DNA of 64,000 nucleotides, from positions 44,826,001-44,890,000 of the forward strand of contig CM060732.1 in assembly GCA_030704615.1 (NCBI GenBank), in the 5' to 3' direction. The notes below the pieces were generated by a model. The model was not told where the DNA came from. It did not search any database and saw nothing but the letters and a program-made list of their open reading frames with translations. Origin of the DNA: Takakia lepidozioides (Eukaryota; Plantae; Bryophyta). The position numbers and the translations under genes are program-made. Positions 51,901 through 64,000 of the stretch are shown here, one piece after another (position 1 is the first letter of the stretch; every line of letters starts with the position of its first letter).

Positions 51901-52235
51901 TAGGAAAGTGGTTAGAACAGCTTGTAGGTAGAAAAAGCGAGGAGCGGGGACGTCTAGGGGGACTACTTCTTGGGGGGGACTTCTGACATCACGGGGGGGA
52001 AATGAAGCGGAGAGCGCATCTCTGAGTAGAAAGAGGGAGAGCACGGAGTAGGAGGAGAACGATCTGTTGATGCTTGATGAATGCAAGCAGTAGAGTTGTA
52101 ATGTAGAGCAGATTAGAGACTCCATGGCTTCAGCCTGATACTTGATAGATATTAATCTGATACATACTTCATACTCACACTGTGTAGAGAGACCTTAGTG
52201 AAGCTGTGGAAATGAATGGATGGAACTTGATAGAT
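48944..52235 (+). mobile_element. LTR element (copy 2) with ~0.75 kb near-identical LTRs and a single orphan ORF; no recognisable gag or pol
   Basis: LTRs 48944-49716 and 51501-52235 contain CACAGCC tandem repeats; PPT GAGAGGGGGAG at 51483-51493; TTTTG on both sides. Confidence 0.9.
49690..51461 (+). pseudogene. Orphan ~590-codon protein: coiled-coil-like N-terminus, Pro/Thr linker, conserved globular domain, acidic then Arg/Ser-rich tail
   Basis: ORFs 49684, 50293 and 50533 share one frame and are separated by single stops. One frameshift near 50935 leads into ORF 50916-51314, which reads on past one more stop to TAA at 51459-51461. Confidence 0.75.
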
Positions 52236-55200
52236 TTTTGAAGCAAACTGATACTTAATTGCAGATAGTAAGGTAACTCGCTAACATGAATGTGGGAAGG
52301 AGTACAAATAAGAAACACCTCCATGATACACTAGCTGTAGGTCATGACTGATTGTTCTGAGCGGGCTGAGTGCTTAGAGATTTCCAACTCTTCTATCTTG
52401 GAGTTCCCACCTCAGATAGCGAAGGGATGGGTGAGTAAAAACCGCGCGACAGGAGCTTGCGTTGAGGGCGCCTTAAGATGGAGGGTAGACAATGGCCTTG
52501 ACGATACAATGCATCTTATGCATCACAGACGGATTTTTTTATCGAGATGACACGTTGCACGAATGCAAGGTAATATGAGCTGAGTATATGCAAGCGGGTG
52601 TATATAGCTTGAATGAGAGATTTCCCAACCTTCATGTTTTCAATGCATTAAATCTCTTCAGTCCAAAGTATTGTCCAAGTGATGAAGATGCTCGTATCAT
52701 TATGTCCGAGCAATGGTTGGTTGATCTTGAAATTTGGATTGACAGAGGCTGACAAGCAGGGCTGAGTTGCTTGAGTTTGTAGAAAAAGAGAGAAGACTCC
52801 GGCCAAAGTCGGCGTAACTAAGAGCCACTTCGCGTCACGGCTATTGCCCCCTTTCGGGGGTGGGCCCTATAAAACAGATGTCTATGGGACACCGTGTAAC
52901 CAGGGGTAAGTAATGGATAGGATAGCGGTACCTAGGATACCCGGGGTTACCCATAGGGTACCCCGAGGAAACCTTGTGGAAACCTTGAGGCATGAGTGTG
53001 AAAACAATCATTGTTTGAGGCGTGGCGTGACGACCAATGAATGACATACTAACTGGCCACACCTCATGCGTTTTTTTACAAAAGACACTTGTCATTCCTG
53101 CAATTTGTGAGAGAGGTTTCTCAAAACAAAATGCTATCAAAAGCCATTTGAGATCTTGCTTGAAGTTGGATACTTTGGACGCTTTGAGGCGAATGTCATT
53201 ATGTGGAATCAAGTTGGAGAATATGGATTGGGGGGCGGTGTTCGAAGTATGGCGCAATTTGGGAAATCGAACTTTGGACTAATTGTAAGAAGTTCACATT
53301 TCTTTATCATTTTTAATTTTAATTTCATATGATATGGTTGTGTGAAAGGTCAAAAATTTCTCAACTTGTCATATGAAAGACATTTTCTCAAAGTTGTCTG
53401 TCATAGTGAAAGTCCAAAAAACAAAAACCCTGTCACAAAAAAGGTAGGGCAACCTGTCAAAAAACAACACCGTTAACTGTTACCCCCCTAAAATGCGCGA
53501 GTCGGACACATGGAAACTTGTTTGATTTTACCTCTCCAATGTTAGGCAAACTACCTACTTAACATGTAGTTTGGTCGTCTACCTTATGCCCAAAGTGGAA
53601 AGGGCCAATCCACCTCAAAATGCTTTGTTCCCAAACTCAAAAGTGGCCACAATAGTTTCGGATCGGGCTCAAAGTAATTGTTTCCTCCCGCTGTTCCTAT
53701 ACACTTTACGCCCTTGTTTTCTTTGCTCTCTTCACGACCTGAAACTTGTACGGAATGACACAGTTAAATATTAATAATTGAAATTATATATATATATATA
53801 TATATATAGGCAAGGACTACGCTTACCCGACGAGTTTAAGGCAAGCGTGTGAGGTGGTGGGGCCCGCTGGCCTAAGCTCAGGGAGGCTCCGGCATACCAC
53901 ATGTCAAATATAAAGCGCAGATCAGGGAGGTCCCATGGTCACTGGAAATTTTGGGCCAAATCTAAATTGCAACGGTCAGTCTATGCAGTGGCATCTTTCA
54001 AAGCACCCTGCCCAAAAACTGCGGCATTTGGAGCAAATTGCATCTCGGATGGAGCTTTGAGTGATTTTCTTGGTGAAGAATTCTGTCAGCCCGAATTGCA
54101 TGTGACCCAGGCAACCGTGTGTGTCGTCATAAGGGCCTACCACATCGCCGGTCAACATGCGTGGCCCCACCCCCCCTCCACCCAAAATTTTGCACCCGCT
54201 TCCGAAAAATCCTGATGGTGGAGAAATGATCTGTCGGGGGCGCCATAAAGTCTTGCGTGTGAAGGACATTGGGGGCTACAATTTGCATTCAGGCAGCGCC
54301 TTCATCGGACTTCATCGGCTGGATAAAAAAATGAGGCGACCCGTTTTGGATCGCCTCGTCGTTTAGGGGTTAAAAAAAAAATTGATGTTGATGATCTGGC
54401 GATGATGACATTCTAGAACTAGTCTCCGACCTTCACTACAATGTCACCTTTTTGCTAAAATGTATTAGAGTTTAGCCAAAACCTACATATTAGGTGTTAG
54501 GGTTTAGTCATAGCTTGTCGACGTGGCCTTCTATCTTAATGGTAAGCAAAAACTTGGCACTAGCTGGCACCCTAATAATTTGATTGAATGGATTTTGAGA
54601 TTGAATGGACTTTGAACTTAAATGATGAAATCTGAGTCGAAAACATGATATAATATAATATAATAATATAAATTCATTTTTATATTAAGTAATATATATT
54701 CATATTTATTATTAATATTTAAAATAAATTCGTTAATATAAATATTATATTTAGTACATTTGTAATTTTTGAGATGTAATATGATAAATAATTTGATTGA
54801 TTGGTTTTAGATTGAAATGATGAATTTGAAGTTGAAAGCATGATACAATATGAATAATATCTAGGATAATGCATAAAATTATAATGTTTAATCTTGAATC
54901 AACAAGTAGGCAAAAATGACAAAAGTTTTTTCTTTCTTTTATGGGGACCACTTAAGGTAGTTCAATTGTTTTTCTAAAGACTCAAACACATCCACGTTTT
55001 AAGTGTTAGAAAGAGAGTCTAGCCAGAAATCCGACCAAGGGGATGCAATGACCCTCTACTTTATAACTACATTGGGCAAGACCTTCCTCTGGATTTGAAC
55101 CCACAATCACCTACAAAGTGGTCTTGTGTTGTAATGACTATATCATACATGGTGATTTTAATCCCCCTTGATTTTAAAGGTCTTTAACATTATTCATCTC

Positions 55201-56954
55201 CCTTCTTTCGTCTTCTACCTGGTCTTTCATCATCATAATCATCCGGTTGTGCGTCCTGTTTTAGCCCTGGTGAGAGACAAGGAAATTCGATCCATCCAAT
55301 ACGATTCATGTCATTATCAAATGCAATCGCTAAACCTCTCAATGATATAGCTGCCACACACACAAATTGTTTTTATTTTATTAAGATATCAAAACAAGTA
55401 TGTTATATAATCTATATAATCTATGTAGTTTAGGCCCTAGGGGCTCATCTTTGTCAATGTCAAAATGAGTTTGATGGTGTTTATACCTTATATGCAACAC
55501 CTCATTGGTTGTACAATAAGAGTTGAAGAAAAATCTATATTTTATGACTCATAATCTTACGAATTTATAACTAATTGTGGATAAAAATTAATCTCACAAA
55601 TGAAGAACCATTGCCAGGAAAACCGAACCGGGCCTTGAGGGGGAATATAAACCATCTTTTTTAGCATACGGGGGCAAAGCTCTAGCCCAAAGGCAGCATG
55701 GGGGTTTGAACCATATACCCAAAAGCCATTGCACAAGATGCCGTTGTGCTATTAGTATTACTAGGGCTTCGCACCACCAATACAACTTCATTGAAAAAAT
55801 AATAATGTCCAAACATCAATATATCTTTACAACTAAAAGGAGATAGGACTCCGGAGAATATAACATTGTGAAAAACAAGCAATTGCTTGGTCATTGCTAA
55901 GAGCATTCAAATCATATCCAACGTATGTGATAGATTTAGGCAATATAAAGAGGCAAAAGACATTCAAGTAGTTAAACATTTTATTTATTTATTTTTATTA
56001 TTTTTTGAGAAGTTTGGGCAGTGGCAGTCTTGACATATATGACAATGGTGTGGCATTTAGGACCCTTTTCCTGCTCCACGATATAGCTAGTATCTGAGTT
56101 TTCAATCCATCGCTAGAGTTTTAATTAAAAGCTAGGGAACGGAGGCCCTGTATTTGATAGTTAAAGGAGTCATGAAAAAAATAACCATGACAAAAGACCA
56201 TAGGCTTAGTAGCACCATCCTTTATTATTATTAGTACATAGCAGTGATTTTACGGATTAGTTCCAAGCACATTTTTCTGTACTAACAATATGCAGACACA
56301 TATTCCTAATTTAATAACTTTGAAAGCACATAAATTGTTCATATCTCCTCTTTGAAATTTAAGATAAAATAAAATAAGAATTGACAAAAGGGTTGTGGCC
56401 TGGTGGTAAGACATCCTATGCATTGGCTGGTGGATTTGGGGCCCAAACCCCTGTGAGCTGTCTCTCTCTAGTGCCTAGGGGAAAATTTTATAATAATAAA
56501 TATATATAATATAAATATTTTGTTCAAGTTAGGTTGAAGTTAGTACCACCAAGTACGTTTTTATTATGGCGATTGTGCTTGTCATACTTTGCTGGTAAGA
56601 TGCCTAAACATATACGTCGGGATCCTTCATCTTCGCCCTATCAGCAAAATAAATGTTAATGATAATCATTAACATTCACATAATTTTTTTTGTGTATAGA
56701 GAATTATGTATAGTCTCTCAGAGTTTTAATTTTTCAATTATTTAAATGAAAGAGGGGACATTGATCAAGTTTAAATTATTATTGTTAATAATTATCATAT
56801 AGTATGATTGTAATTATCACACAAAGATCATTTCAAAAAGAACATTATTTATATCATTGTATTTCATTGTTCATATATGTATGCATAACATAATGATTTA
56901 AATTACATATTTGATCATTTGACCACAAAACATATAAGAATGACTTCACGTGAC

Positions 56955-59900
56955 TTACCACCTCACGAAGGTATCCTTCCGGAGGGATTTGAAGTTTGGA
57001 CACCCTCGTACATAATGACCACGCCGAATTTTATCTTTATAAGTTCCAAAATTCAAAGATAACACTTTGAAGTCTTTATACATGCCCTTCGGACCTTTAG
57101 GTCGCGATGTCGCTTGTGCACAAGAGTTTGAATCAATTTCTTCTGAAGAACGCAAATCTGAATCCGAGTCTGGATGAGAATGGGAACTTGAGCCTGAGCC
57201 AAAACCGGAACCCCAACCCAAATTCGAGCATGGGCGTGAACCAAAGCATGAACCATGACCCAAACCATCTTCAACTGATGCAATTTCTTCAAATGAATTT
57301 GAGTCTACGTGTGTGTCTGAGTGTGTGTATGAGTGTGTGTCCGAGTCTATCAATATAAGTTGGTCTTGGTCTGAGTCCATTCTTGAGTCATCGGATGAGT
57401 CAGAGTCAGAGTCAGATGAGTCAGATGACCTTGATGCGTGCTTTGATAGTCTTCTACCAATTCCCATACTGCCAAAAAAACTCATTGACCACTTTGTCAA
57501 ATATATTTATGTAAATAAAAAGAGAATAAAAAATTCTTAGCATATAAGTTACTATTCTAATAGTCAATAAGCTTAACATCCAGAAATAAGATTGTAAATA
57601 GACTCAGCATTAGTGCTTGAAGCAAGTTGGAATCAATTTGATATTACATTCCTAGAGGTTCTCAATGTGTTAGTTCTTTGTAAAACCCATTGAATTTGCA
57701 ATTGCATATCGTTGTGAGGATTACATAAGTATTGTTCCAAAAATAAAATGACAACAAGGTCTATTATTATAATGTTTGTTATAAATTTATGAGATATTAA
57801 CTACAAAAATGCTGAAATATATGTTATTTACAAGGTGACATCAAACCCAACACTAGTTTTGATGTAGATTATCAAATATATTATACGGGGTGCAAATATG
57901 AAATTTGTATGCTTTTGTTCCTGTCGATTGTAGTGACTAAAATTAACATGACCATGTTTTGAAGGGAGAACACTAAGAAAGTGTAGGAACTTAATGCACG
58001 CTTGCGATATCTGATAGGATGGTACGCAGGTTTTTGGCATGCCAATTCTTCCCCACCCCTCCCGAGAGTGACATGGAATTAATAGGAGTGTAATTCCAAT
58101 CAGGACACTGGGTTACACGGATGGGAGTGTAACTCCACTTGGGGTTACAATATCGAGTTACGTGGAAAGAAGTGTAATTCCAATCAATGTAATTATTTCG
58201 TCTCAAATTGACTACGTTCACATTTGGTTAGGTATAAAATGTACTAAGAGGAGTTACATAAGACACAAGGTGACATTGCCCAAGGTTACGTAGACCTAGG
58301 GTTATTAGGCACAAATCAAACCTTGCACCTCACTGCCTACACTGCCATCCTCTTATTAATAGGTTACTCACCACAGCTTGACAACCTCATACACTCTAAA
58401 GTATTTAATTAACATTGAATCTGGGGTAAGATGGGATGGAAATGATTTACAGGGCCCGACCGGAGAAGCCTATGCTATCTAAATTTGGCAAAAGTATTGC
58501 CAGATCGCCCCCTTGCATTAAGTTCGCAAACATTGACCAAATATTTTTTACTATTGTTTTGACGGTCACTATTGTGTATTGTGGCTCACTCGTGAGTTGA
58601 AGCCGGATTATACCAACATACTTTGAAATAAGAATCTTTATCGATCTTATTGTTGTCTTGTACATATCCTTTCTTGTGAGCTTGTGCTTGCACCTACTTC
58701 CCAAAACCATACCTCCAAAATTTTAGTACTTATTCATGAATCTACTATCTCACTGCAATGTATAGTTGGGACAATCAAGTTTATTTTGTTGTGCTATGTC
58801 ACAACGTACATTGCTGTCCAACTACACTCCCTAGCATACAATCCTACAAAGCTACATCTATCACTATGGCGGCGAGACAAGCCTCGGGAGGTAGAAGACG
58901 AGCCTTCTTGAGCCTCACACGGAGATAAGCCTCTCCACGTCCCAATAGAGATTCACCACCTCACTTGGCACATGGAACTAAATGAAGTCCCAGTGCCAAC
59001 AAATACAAATATAATATCTAATGTCCTAATTAGTTAGAAATAACTATTTTTGACTAACCATGACAATTTAATCATGACCACTTGATAAGCAAGACTAGTG
59101 ACATTTTCTTTGTCATAATTTATTAGCATGGTTAGGATGAGTCACTAAATAAAGGCCATGGGTTCGAGCCCGCAAACCAAATTATGTTCATTCGTACTTT
59201 AAAGTTTATCCATCGCTAAAATAAATTTAAAGTTTAATAACAATAATATTAAACCTAAAAACAGTTGTCGAGTTTTGAAGATGGTTAGTTTACTTTGTAC
59301 TTACAGCACTAAGGATGGTTGTATACATCTTGTGTGGCATATATGTAAAGGCAGTACCAATATGAACTAAAACATGAGTATAATCATCAATCAAATGACT
59401 CCTATCCATCAATTGTTTATCTCCATACTCAATATTGACCAAGTGGGCTTTATATGTACAATCATCTGTGAGGGTAGGAATTTGTTGGCTGGTACAGATA
59501 ATTTAATAAATGTCAATAATGTAGACATCTTAGTATGTGTGTGTGTGTGTGTGTGGGGGTACGATGAAGTCACATGCTAGTCAACGTAAGTTTTTTGAAA
59601 CTATGTGAAATGGAATCATCCATGTTATTAATTTACTATTTATTTCATAAAATATATTTTCATTGATTAAATTACCACCTATGAAAAGACCTTTTCTTCT
59701 AAATCTGATAGTTATATAAAAATGAAGTATTTATGTCAAGCAAGCAAGTACAATGTGTCTCTTCAACCTAATGCCTTCTTTTTGGATGAACACATTATAA
59801 TGACTATAATCTATAACTAGCTGGGGTAACATGTGGTGGTTTGCCCAAAGACTTGAAAGCCCCTGGATACCAACAGCATTCAGCTAACTGCGGCTAGTAC

Positions 59901-62900
59901 CACATAAGTAAAAAATAAAGTTAACTAGGATTGAAGGAAGTGTAAATTATGACATTACTCTATCTCCATATGACTCGAAATTAGTCCCCATGTATCCACA
60001 CATTTTTATCCAACAACCCTTTTTTTGTAATAGGTGGTTTGGCTATAACGGATGACATCCAACATATTGTAAATGATGCTGTGTGGCTTTGAGCCCACAA
60101 CCACTTGTAAGGCAGATTTGTGCGCCCCTTCATCTGTTGGAGGTAATGTAAATTTAAAACTAAGAGATTTTCCCCGTCACATTATTCACCTTGCATATGG
60201 ATAGTTTAGGGCATCTATCCAGTGTGTGAGTGTTTATATGTGTGCTTCACCAATATGACTAACAAATGGACATTTTTTTGTATAGGGTAAGGTTTGGCAT
60301 AGAGGGTGTTACTATAGGGGGCCTGAGGGTATACGGTGAGGGCCCCAATGGACACCCCATATCACATAGAGATAAGAGTCAGGCCAGTACCCAAATACTA
60401 TATACCAATGGCAATCTCAATATGACATGTGGACATTAGTATTTTAATTAACATAGGATGAATAATTTAAAATGTGACAATTATTATACCCAAAACAAAT
60501 CCAAAACTCTCGTGTAAAGTGGGCATAATGAGTTACTCTCTTCCAATTTACAACATTTCATGTACACCCAAAGTTAGAATTACTCACATGTATGCCATGG
60601 GAACCATTGGGGTCCAAGACATGAAGTTGAAAGCCGGTGGAAGTTCACCCATTTTTAGCCAACCTACTTTATTTTCTGGCCCAACCAACTTATCCACACA
60701 CATGGTAATTATATTTTTTCGAAGAAATCCTGATGTTATAAGTTGTGTTGGAAATGACAGAATAGATCACACCTGCCAATCTAACATACATATACTCAGA
60801 ATTTTGTTCATATAATATTTCTGTAGTTTATTTAGTTGTGTATAATTAATAGAATAACCAAGTTGGGAGTAAGAAAGTAAGAAAGATGACTCCTCCAAAA
60901 GGCTTCATCCAAGGATTACTGTTTTCCGTTGGAAGGAGGACACTTTGAACCCTAGATCACCAAGGTGATGTAGAAGCAAAGCACAAATACACCATGGGTT
61001 ACCTGTTCTAGTGCATTGGGAGTAAAATTATATTTACTGCATTATGAAGCATTAGTTGCAAATCTATTTGAATCAAGATCATAACCAACATAAGTAATAG
61101 CTATTATATTTCCATGTGAACATCAAATATATAACATGGTATTTTAAATATTAGTATCAATTATATTTTATCATCTAAAATAAATACTATTGCTATATTA
61201 TGCAGTCACTAGCCAGGTACATTAAGAGCCATCATCATTAGTCTGCCCGCACAAAAAAATAAATGAGTTTCAAACAATTCAAACAATGATAGTCATATAT
61301 TTCTAGAATAATATGAAATTTAATATTATGTTTCTAAAATCCTACACAAATACGAATGTAATATAATTTATTTCCCTTTAAGAGAATTATTTGTGTATGA
61401 CTTTGCTCTTAAATAAATTGGTGCATGCATTATAAAATTTACACTAAATTGGTCAAAGGGCACCTCTCAAAAGTATATACCCAAATATCATTGCTATATC
61501 TTGTTGTGGTAAAGCGGTATTGTTTAAAAGCTTAAAATGATCATACATGAGTGCACCTTGAGTAACATCACCCTCTAGATGTTGCATAGTATAATCACAC
61601 CTTAAATCATCCCTTTAGTGACAATTATTTGATTTTGATCCACCTTGAACATATTCACATACACTTGAAGAACATTCCACAAATTTTTCCTCATTGGGAT
61701 AATATGTTCTTCTAGTTCCTTGAAGTATACACACGTGTGAGAAAAAATTAGTCTTGCAAGAACAAACACTTTATTAATCTAAATTTTGCTTAATATATTG
61801 AAACTGTCCAAATCTTGCTACTCCAGGCGGGTATGGTTTGTTCTGTGACCGGTTGGTTTGGGGGCCATGACATTTCTTTCTTGTGTGCCCAATGGCTTAT
61901 ATGAAAGGTGGCTTATTTTTCCCTCTCGTTAAGGGCCAGGATTGTGAGCAGTCGCTCCCGGGTTTCCTTTATAAGAGAAAAAAAGAAAAGGAAAAGAAAC
62001 GGTGAATCATATTAGACGTATAAGACAAATACAAATAATAATCTTTGACATATAGTATACATACCCTGAATCAAATTTATGTAGGTAGTGAACATTGCCC
62101 ATTATAACCAAATTATTTGTCTATTGAGAGCCTCTTCATCAAAGGTGTAGATGATAAAATATGACAACTGCACACACAGGACCACACACAAAGAGAGAGA
62201 AAGACTCTTCCTAAAGCAAATGTAATGTATGGTGCCAAAGGGCTACTGCCTTCCGCTTGGACAACATACTATACATTTAAATGTTTTGAGAATATTAAAG
62301 ATTCAGTGAGATGATTAAACAATAGCGATAAACGCACTTGATTAGCAACAAAAAGAGGATCCTCCTTAGAACAACTTCCTTCAAGCCAATTGCAATAGAT
62401 CCATGTTAAGGAATTAGTAGTGTCGATTTCAAAAGAGTACGATTAGCTGGATATCTTTAAGTGTATATAATATAACCTGCATTATATTAACCATCCAGAC
62501 ATATAAAATATATAGTTTATTTAGTTGTTAGTTTTCAAATGCGAAATTGATGCAATAGAGACACATTACAAATGAACTAATGGTGTGTATTGCAAAGTTA
62601 CACCCACTGAATTATTGGTTTAAAGGCAATATTAATTACCAGTATTGTTGTACTAATTACATGGGATTAACTAATTTACCCCTTTTGAATTGAGACGGAC
62701 AAAGGACTATAATTGTTGACCGAACAAGGTGTCCACCTTTCTATCGGAACTTAGCAGTAGTGGTTCGGGTCAAGTGACACCATAAGCTACGCTTGCTTAG
62801 GTAAGAGTTCATTCATTTATTTATTTATTTTTGCCCTTTTTCGTTAACCGAACTGATGGACTAAACTAAAAGAGCCCACCTTTTACTAGGATCCATATCT

Positions 62901-63860
62901 TAGTCTGGTATTGGAAGTTCACAATTCTCATTTATGATTTCCACTGGAGTCTTCTCTCTCAGACTAAACTACTTGAGGGCACTATCTTGTTGTAATGATT
63001 GTTTCAATATGCCTAGATTTAAATTTTTGGTTCAATCTTACTTGCGTACAATGATCTATGGTTCTTGAGTCAAATAATAATCGTTAACCATTATTATCCC
63101 AGCTATGTCTCATATTCGTATTCGGAGTTTTGATTTTGTAAAGTTAAAACTTAAAATTTTAATTGCATGAAAGGTACCTGCTGCCACAGTTTCAGCTAAT
63201 AACCTATGTTTTTTGAAATAGATGTGACAATCTCTATATTGACTAAGTTGCAGTCACAAGTGACAATACATGTCACTTTTCAGATTTTGTTTTGGATATC
63301 AAAGTTCAAACCACGCTAAGAAACCTCTAAGAAATTGCCTTCTAGCAATAACTAATTAATATAATATCTATGTATATTTTAGAAAAGTAGAATGTGTTAA
63401 TTTTATGTAAAGCATTGTCACTATGTATAATCTGTTTGTTGTTAGCAGCATAACAATATGGATTATTTGAGCCTATAATCTATTAGCTTTTGATCTGGAC
63501 AAATTGATTGTGTGAAACTATCAAGTTAATATCTTATGCATTTGTACATCATAAAAACCTTAAGTCAGCTAATAAAACTTCATAATATTTACAACTGAAG
63601 TGGAAAATAAATGTTGAGTCCGTATATGCGAGTTTTGGATTATAAATGTACCTATGGAAATCCTTTGATTCATAAAGTCTATCCCACATGCCTGTGCTCA
63701 CACCAGACAATCCTCTTCCATGTATTGACTTAACCCGGTCCAAATGCAAACTTTGTTTTTCTGCCAACTTATTCGGAATTTGATGTCTATATGTGGAATA
63801 CAAAGTATAGTCAAGACTTAAACTCTCTTCATGATTTGATACCAATGACATGTCAAGCAT
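56955..63860 (-). other. Scattered exon-like coding relics in AT-rich DNA (unidentified gene or large-TE relic)
   Basis: Protein-like minus-strand segments at 56955-57500 (ending at a GTAAGT donor), 58447-58710, ~60480-60700, ~61600-61780 and 63549-63860. No family recognised. Confidence 0.3.
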
Positions 63861-64000
63861 TGTTGTCCGAGTCTTTAATCCACAACAAGATTATCAGAGT
63901 GAGAGCTAGAAACAAATTGGCCAATTTTTTCTTGTATAGTCTTGGTTGAGGTATAATATTACCGTGATGAGATGGCAACAAATCTTCCTGCTATATTGGA

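Larger units (their letters stand above)
48730..53282 (+). pseudogene. ZNF862-like hAT transposase relic, split by the LTR element and smaller insertions
   Basis: LHFVVDVLVDLNKLNRKFQYDMVDI (48750-48830) and AICERGFSKQNAIKSHLRSCLKLDTLDALRRMSL (53100-53200, hAT dimerisation domain). Confidence 0.75.

Noticed and set aside
54330-54370. Helitron 3' hairpin (GAGGCGACCC...GGATCGCCTC)
   Set aside because: No canonical CTRR end or 5' TC boundary could be assigned.

Overview
Eukaryotic, transposon-dense plant DNA, most likely a bryophyte/moss (inferred from a spliced DREPP/PCaP1 gene, a Tcn1/Tf1-like LTR element and ZNF862-like hAT remnants). Only one intact host gene is evident: a 4-exon DREPP/PCaP1-family gene on the minus strand (4354-6151). 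The rest is nested mobile DNA, and three parts stand out. (1) A ~12 kb composite hAT-type region (~18.6-30.6 kb) carries a hAT transposase, a cluster of four long imperfect hairpins and a decayed protein-kinase gene; each unit sits behind a TATA box and an array of palindromic GCGACCGCC/GGCGGTCGC motifs. (2) A decayed Ty3/Gypsy element (~32.9-44 kb, minus) has a C5 cytosine methyltransferase domain between protease and RT, and is interrupted by a self-priming gag+protease-only LTR element. (3) Two diverged members of an LTR family (1-2.4 kb and 48.9-52.2 kb) carry a conserved orphan protein; the complete copy has no recognisable gag or pol. Also present are a PIF/Harbinger element, a non-autonomous CACTA, a long-TIR foldback element, tRNA-derived SINE-like repeats and transposase relics. 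All alignments and translations outside the supplied ORF track were done by eye; no database searches were run.
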